NCBI GenBank assembly: GCA_036558545.1
Contig: DATBFJ010000028.1
Coordinates: forward strand, 4,259-68,258
Source of the DNA: Candidatus Limnocylindrales bacterium
GTDB taxonomy: Bacteria; Chloroflexota; Limnocylindria; Limnocylindrales; CSP1-4
Length of the DNA: 64,000 bases
Direction of reading: 5' to 3'
Shown: one piece after another, positions 59,489-64,000 of the stretch
Position numbering within the stretch: position 1 is the first letter of the stretch
How the letters are laid out: each line of letters opens with the position of its first letter
Program-made: the position numbers and the translations under genes
Notes under the pieces: model-generated
What the model was told of the DNA's origin: nothing
Seen by the model: the letters and a program-made list of their open reading frames with translations, nothing else
The model's database searches: none

Positions 59489-62400
59489 GGCTTGACCACC
59501 TCTTCAGATAGCGCTCGACCTGGACCTCATCGCCGATCGACTCGAGATAGGCCAAGGCATCGTCGAACTTGGCTCGGTCGGTCGTGGCGAGGCTTATTTC
59601 GCAGCGAACGCGTGCCGCGTACGGTCCGGCGCCGATCGCCTCGAATTCTTCGAGGGCCTGGCCAAGAAGATCGAGCCTGTCATCGCTGAGGCTGAGCGCG
59701 CGCAACAATTCAGCGTGCAGTATCGGAACGTTCTTCGCCTGAACGGTGTCCAGGGCAAGCTCAATTGCGCTTGCAGGAAGGGGGCGCTGGATGTCGTTCA
59801 GAAGCGACAAACCCATCGTCACGTACTCGGGCGCGAAGCGCTCGGTCACGGCACGTTCCTCGGTGAGCAGCCTGACGATCTCATCGACGTCATCACGGGC
59901 CAAGGCCATGAACAGCAGGCCGCGCTGCCGATTCCGAAAGTACGCGTTGATCTCCTCGACTGAATTCAACAAATGGGCCGCAGCTGTCTCGTCGCGGCGA
60001 GCACGGGCGACGATGATTCCGGCGCAATATCCCCGTCCGGAGTACCCGGCAGCTGGTCGTCCGGCCTCGACCCACAGCCGGTCGGCGCGCTCGGCTGCTT
60101 GCAACGCTTCGGTCCATTTGCCCACGAAAAGCAACGCCGTGACGCGCCAGGCAACCAGATGGAGCGTCCAGTCCGGCGCCTGACCAGGCTGAATCTTGCT
60201 CAATCCGGCAGCCGACAGCTCATCCGCGAGCGCCAGCTCGCCACCCAGCAAGGCGGCCCAGGTCGCGACGGCGTACGCGTCGATCTGCTCGAACAGAACC
60301 AACCTTCCAGCCATCTGGATGCGACGCTGCGCATAGTTGAGTGACGTGCGCCAGTCGCCGCTCTCCTGGGCGATCGATCCCAACGCGTCGAGGGCTGCGC
60401 TCTGCAGGTTTACGTTGTCGAGCTTCTCGGCTAACTCAAGTGCATGCTCGCCAGACCTGCGTGCTTCCTCGACGAGCTGTGGGTCCTGGGCTTCCGGTTG
60501 AGTGCGCAGCCAGAACGGATAGAACGCCTCCGCCACGAGAAATCTTGCCTGTGCCTCCGTATCGGACGATTGCTCAAACAAAGACCGCCCTTCCGCGCGA
60601 AGCGCCTGGAAGTCCTCATCGGACATTCGCGTTGCGACGGAGCCCTGCGAACGCGTCTCGACTCCCAATTCCTTGGCGACGATGCGGAGCTGCATATCCG
60701 CCGAGCGATCGAGTCGCTTTGCATGCTCGCGGGCCTGGGCGTACGCCCTGATGATCGGCGTGCCGCCGATCTCGTTGTCGCCGAGCAGCTCGTAGATCTC
60801 GGGCAGGTCCTCGTCGCGGGCAAACTGAAGAGCTCCAAGCGCGTGCTCGCGCGCCTCGACGGTCGCTGCTGCGCTGCTCGCTACCTGGGCGGCCCGCGTC
60901 AGCCACGCCCGGGCCGAGTCGCGCAACTGGTCGGCCCCGTCGAGGTCCATGGCCGTCGCCAGCGTCGCTGCCTCGCGGTAGTGGTAAGCGACGAGCTCGG
61001 CGACGGCCTCTTCACGCCCCAGTGCTCGTTCCTCGAGCCACTGCCCCGCGGCGCCGTGCAGATGGGCGCGGGCCGAGCGCGGCAACGTCGAATAGGCAAC
61101 CTCGCGAATGAGGATGTGCCGGAACGTATAGCCGTCCGCCCCGGTGGGGCGGACGAGGTCGCGTTCGGAAAGACGCTCGGCAATCACGGCTATCGAGTCG
61201 CCGTCGGCACTGGCGCGACCGATCAGCGCCGCCACGCCCTGGGGCCGGAAGTTGCGCCCGAACACGGATCCAACGCGCAGCACCTCACGTTCGTCGTCGG
61301 GCAGCTCGTCGAGTCTGGCAAGGACCGTTGCCTGAACAGTGTCGGGAAGGCGCGCCAGCGCCGCATCTACCTGGACGGGATCGTCGAAGGACTTCACTCG
61401 CTCCAGCACGGCGTTGACGATCTCACCGGCGAAGAAGGGGTTGCCTTCGGCGCGTGCCACGATCGAGTCGACCAGCTGATCGGACGCGCCTTCGGCCAGG
61501 TTGCGGACGAGCTGCGCCGTCGCCCGATCGTCAAGCGGTTCGAGCGCGATCGAGACGTGATTGCGTCGGCCGCCGCCCCAGTTAGGGCGCCGGTCGAGCA
61601 GTTCCGGTCGCGCCAGCGCGATGAGCAGTGCCCGCGTATCGCCGCGTGGCTGCAGCACGAACTCAAACAGGTCAAGCAACGTGTCACTGGACCAGTGCAG
61701 ATCTTCCACGGCCACCACGAGCGGCGTCTGCCGGCTCGCCGCTTCGATAAAGGTCCGCCACGCGTTGAACAGTGCGAGCCTGTCGGTGACCTCGGCGTCT
61801 CCCTCGCCAATGGTCGATACGAGCATCCTGCCTACTTCTTGCGCGTCGGCGACCTGAGCGTCGGCGAGCCAATCGCCAACGGCAGAGCGCACCTCCGACG
61901 ACATGGCGTCCTCGTCAAGCCCGACGATGCGGAAAAGGACGGCGCGCAGCGGCCAGTAGGTCAGGCGCTGCCCATACGGCAGACACTGCGCGACCGCGAC
62001 CCGCGCGTCGGGCGCGGTCGCGCGGAGGCGATCGAGAAACTCTTCGAGCAGCCTCGTTTTGCCAGTCCCGGCCGGGGCAATGACGCTTACGAGAAATGGA
62101 CGCTGTTCGTCGAAGGCGCGCCGTGCCACGAGATCCATCTGGGCCAGGTCGGCGTCCCGTCCAAAGATCGGGGTCCGACCCGCCATTGAGTTGGCGCGAC
62201 CAAGCAGCTCGCTGACCATCAGTGGCTCGCTCTTGCCTTTGGCCTCTATCGGCTGCGCTGCGGCAAAGCGAAAGTCTGAGCGCGCCGCACGCACGGTTCG
62301 CTCGCCCGCGACCACGGACCACGGGGCGGCCATTTGCTGGATGCGCGCCGCAACGTTGACGGCATCACCGGTGACCAGAAAGTCATCGCTGTCTTCGTCG

Positions 62401-62738
62401 CGGCTGGCGATGACATCGCCCGTGTTGACCCCCAGCCGGATCGGCATGCGGTCGCCGAGGCGCGCATCGGATTGAACTCGATCGCGCAGCTCCATTGCGG
62501 CCGACAGGGCGCGCACGGCGTCATCGCCGTGCGCGCGACGCAGCCCGAACACGGCCATCACCGCATCGCCGATGAACTTTTCCGTGGTCCCGCCGTGCGC
62601 AGTGACCACTTCCTTGGCAATCGCGTAGTAGCGGCTCAGCATCGCGCGCAGGTCCTCCGGATCGAGGGTCTCGCCCAATGCGGTTGAGCCCGTCACATCC
62701 GCGAACAGGACCGTCACGACGCGCCGTTCGTCACTCAT
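59478..62738 (-). CDS. Class III adenylate/guanylate cyclase domain fused to an AAA_16/STAND P-loop NTPase and a long TPR-like helical region
   Basis: The N-terminus reads VVTVLFADVTGSTAL...KFIGDAVMAVFG...GVNTGDV. It has a Walker A (APAGTGKTRLLEE) and a ~600-aa helical repeat C-terminus. I saw no HTH at the C-terminus. It is 1086 aa. Confidence 0.85.
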   Translation of the reverse strand: MSDERRVVTVLFADVTGSTALGETLDPEDLRAMLSRYYAIAKEVVTAHGGTTEKFIGDAVMAVFGLRRAHGDDAVRALSAAMELRDRVQSDARLGDRMPIRLGVNTGDVIASRDEDSDDFLVTGDAVNVAARIQQMAAPWSVVAGERTVRAARSDFRFAAAQPIEAKGKSEPLMVSELLGRANSMAGRTPIFGRDADLAQMDLVARRAFDEQRPFLVSVIAPAGTGKTRLLEEFLDRLRATAPDARVAVAQCLPYGQRLTYWPLRAVLFRIVGLDEDAMSSEVRSAVGDWLADAQVADAQEVGRMLVSTIGEGDAEVTDRLALFNAWRTFIEAASRQTPLVVAVEDLHWSSDTLLDLFEFVLQPRGDTRALLIALARPELLDRRPNWGGGRRNHVSIALEPLDDRATAQLVRNLAEGASDQLVDSIVARAEGNPFFAGEIVNAVLERVKSFDDPVQVDAALARLPDTVQATVLARLDELPDDEREVLRVGSVFGRNFRPQGVAALIGRASADGDSIAVIAERLSERDLVRPTGADGYTFRHILIREVAYSTLPRSARAHLHGAAGQWLEERALGREEAVAELVAYHYREAATLATAMDLDGADQLRDSARAWLTRAAQVASSAAATVEAREHALGALQFARDEDLPEIYELLGDNEIGGTPIIRAYAQAREHAKRLDRSADMQLRIVAKELGVETRSQGSVATRMSDEDFQALRAEGRSLFEQSSDTEAQARFLVAEAFYPFWLRTQPEAQDPQLVEEARRSGEHALELAEKLDNVNLQSAALDALGSIAQESGDWRTSLNYAQRRIQMAGRLVLFEQIDAYAVATWAALLGGELALADELSAAGLSKIQPGQAPDWTLHLVAWRVTALLFVGKWTEALQAAERADRLWVEAGRPAAGYSGRGYCAGIIVARARRDETAAAHLLNSVEEINAYFRNRQRGLLFMALARDDVDEIVRLLTEERAVTERFAPEYVTMGLSLLNDIQRPLPASAIELALDTVQAKNVPILHAELLRALSLSDDRLDLLGQALEEFEAIGAGPYAARVRCEISLATTDRAKFDDALAYLESIGDEVQVERYLKRWSSRGS

Positions 62739-62830
62739 CGAATCGGAGTCTACGGGGCGCCATGCAAGCGACGGGTAGGATTGACGCCTGCCAGGCGGCA
62801 GGTGCCGGCCCTCCGACTACCGAGTAAGCC

Positions 62831-64000
62831 ATGACCGACACGGCATTTCTGGTAACACTCGCCCTCGCGCTGATCGTCGCCACGATCGGTGCGGCGATCG
62901 CTGTCCGTCTCGGACAGTCCGCGATCCTTGGCTACGTCGCGGCCGGCGTGCTGATCGGGCCGTACACCGCGGGGCCCATTGCCGACGCGCACACGGTCGC
63001 CGCGCTGGCCGACGTCGGCCTTGTCTTCCTGCTCTTTGCCGTAGGCCTCGAACTGTCCATCCGGGACTTGCTGCGTGTTCGGCGCATCGCGTTCGCGGGT
63101 GGCTTGATCCAGGTGGCCGCCTCAGTTGTTATGGGTTATGCCGTAGCGCTGGCGCTCGGGTTCAAGCCCATCGAGGCGCTGTTCTTTGGTGCCTTCATCA
63201 GTCAATCGTCAAGCACCGTCATCGCCAAGATCCTGGGCGATCGCGGAGAGCTGGACTCGCAGCACGGCCACATCGCGCTGGGCTGGACGGTGCTTCAGGA
63301 CTTGTCGACGGTCGTCCTGGTCGTCCTGCTCACGGCGCTCTCTGAGGGTGGCGACCTGACGATCGACGTCGCGATTGCAACGGCTAAAGCAGTGCTCTTC
63401 CTCGTCGTCCTGGTCCCAGTGGGCCTTTATGTTCTGCCACGCCTATTCGAACGGATTGCGCTGCTGCGCAGTCGCGAAGTATTCGTCCTGACAGTTGTTG
63501 CCGTTGCCCTGGGCACCGCCTATGTCAGCGAGTTATTCGGACTGTCGCTTGCACTGGGCGCCTTTCTGGCCGGACTTCTGATCGGCGAATCGGACATCAG
63601 CCACCAGATCTCAAGCGAGCTGGGGCCGCTCAGAGATGTGTTCGCCGGGGTTTTCTTCGTCTCGATCGGAATGCTCTTCAATCCCGCGTTCGTGCTCGCC
63701 GCGGCCGGTTTGGTGGCCGTTGCCGTATTCCTGATCGTCCCGGTCAAAGCGACGCTCGTCGCCGGACTTTCAAGGCTCCTCGGTGCGCCGACCCGGAGCG
63801 CCATCCTCGCCGGCGTCGTCCTTGCCGAGGCGGGCGAGTTCTCGTTCCTGCTGGCCCGGTTGGGCGCCAGCCAGGGCGCAGTCGGCGACGTGATGTTCAG
63901 TCTCATGCTTGCGGCCGCGGCCGTGAGCATCGTCGTCGCGCCCTGGTTGGCGCGCTACGCCCCGGGTGCGCTACGCGAGATCGACCGGCGCAGACCCATC
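62831..64000 (+). CDS. Cation:proton antiporter, CPA2 (Kef-type) family; the 3' end lies outside the window
   Basis: This ORF is not in the track because it has no stop in the window. My own translation from ATG 62831 gives MTDTAFLVTLALALIVATIGAAIAVRLGQSAILGYVAAGVLIGP...GLELS, typical of the Na_H_Exchanger/KefB N-terminus. The frame is open to 64000. Confidence 0.85.
   Translation, partial: MTDTAFLVTLALALIVATIGAAIAVRLGQSAILGYVAAGVLIGPYTAGPIADAHTVAALADVGLVFLLFAVGLELSIRDLLRVRRIAFAGGLIQVAASVVMGYAVALALGFKPIEALFFGAFISQSSSTVIAKILGDRGELDSQHGHIALGWTVLQDLSTVVLVVLLTALSEGGDLTIDVAIATAKAVLFLVVLVPVGLYVLPRLFERIALLRSREVFVLTVVAVALGTAYVSELFGLSLALGAFLAGLLIGESDISHQISSELGPLRDVFAGVFFVSIGMLFNPAFVLAAAGLVAVAVFLIVPVKATLVAGLSRLLGAPTRSAILAGVVLAEAGEFSFLLARLGASQGAVGDVMFSLMLAAAAVSIVVAPWLARYAPGALREIDRRRPI

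Noticed and set aside
60444-62189. Very long antisense ORFs opposite real genes. Examples are 60444-62189 (581 aa, opposite the cyclase gene), 30321-31640, 33401-34354, 34311-35429, 35994-36968, 9375-10400 and 58491-59438.
   Set aside because: Their translations are Arg/Ala/Gly/Pro-rich with no recognisable domains, while the opposite strand encodes clearly conserved proteins. Long stop-free antisense frames are an expected by-product of high GC content.

Overview
The window is a GC-rich, gene-dense chromosomal segment with about 58 protein genes. I recognised no rRNA, tRNA, CRISPR array, transposase or integrase. Gene content suggests a high-GC Terrabacteria lineage (Actinomycetota- or Chloroflexota-like): F420/LLM oxidoreductases, OpcA, an LCP protein, LysM, Ser/Thr kinases and large STAND regulators. 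This taxonomic call is inference only.

Most of the window is housekeeping:
- comEA-comEC-HD-holA
- obg-nadD-rsfS
- rho
- pyrG
- a complete oxidative pentose-phosphate operon (tkt-pgi-gnd-zwf-opcA-pgl), with a separate type-3B transaldolase
- psuK-psuG
- proline/GABA-type catabolic enzymes
- CoA-transferase subunits A and B

Several parts look less ordinary:
1. An Mre11-like nuclease is paired with an SbcC/YhaN-like ATPase whose coiled coil is interrupted by a transmembrane hairpin.
2. A tightly coupled five-gene operon is led by a class III cyclase-STAND-TPR protein and ends in a fused MoaD-MoaE.
3. A cell-envelope cluster (LCP, internally duplicated unknown protein, TM micro-ORF, HAD, LysM) contains a HAD phosphatase whose catalytic DxDxT motif lies upstream of any canonical start. 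That HAD frame is also in frame with the TM micro-ORF across a single TGA.
4. Four genes show conserved-looking N-termini that precede the first ATG/GTG/TTG. Two of these have CTGA stop/start overlaps, and one has ACG after a strong Shine-Dalgarno (SD).
5. A 300-nt orphan intergenic region carries five G5-6 tracts (G-quadruplex-prone) and ends in a perfect 13-bp terminator hairpin.

I found no clear-cut new defence or mobile system. The candidates above are hypotheses that need database and structural checks I cannot run here.
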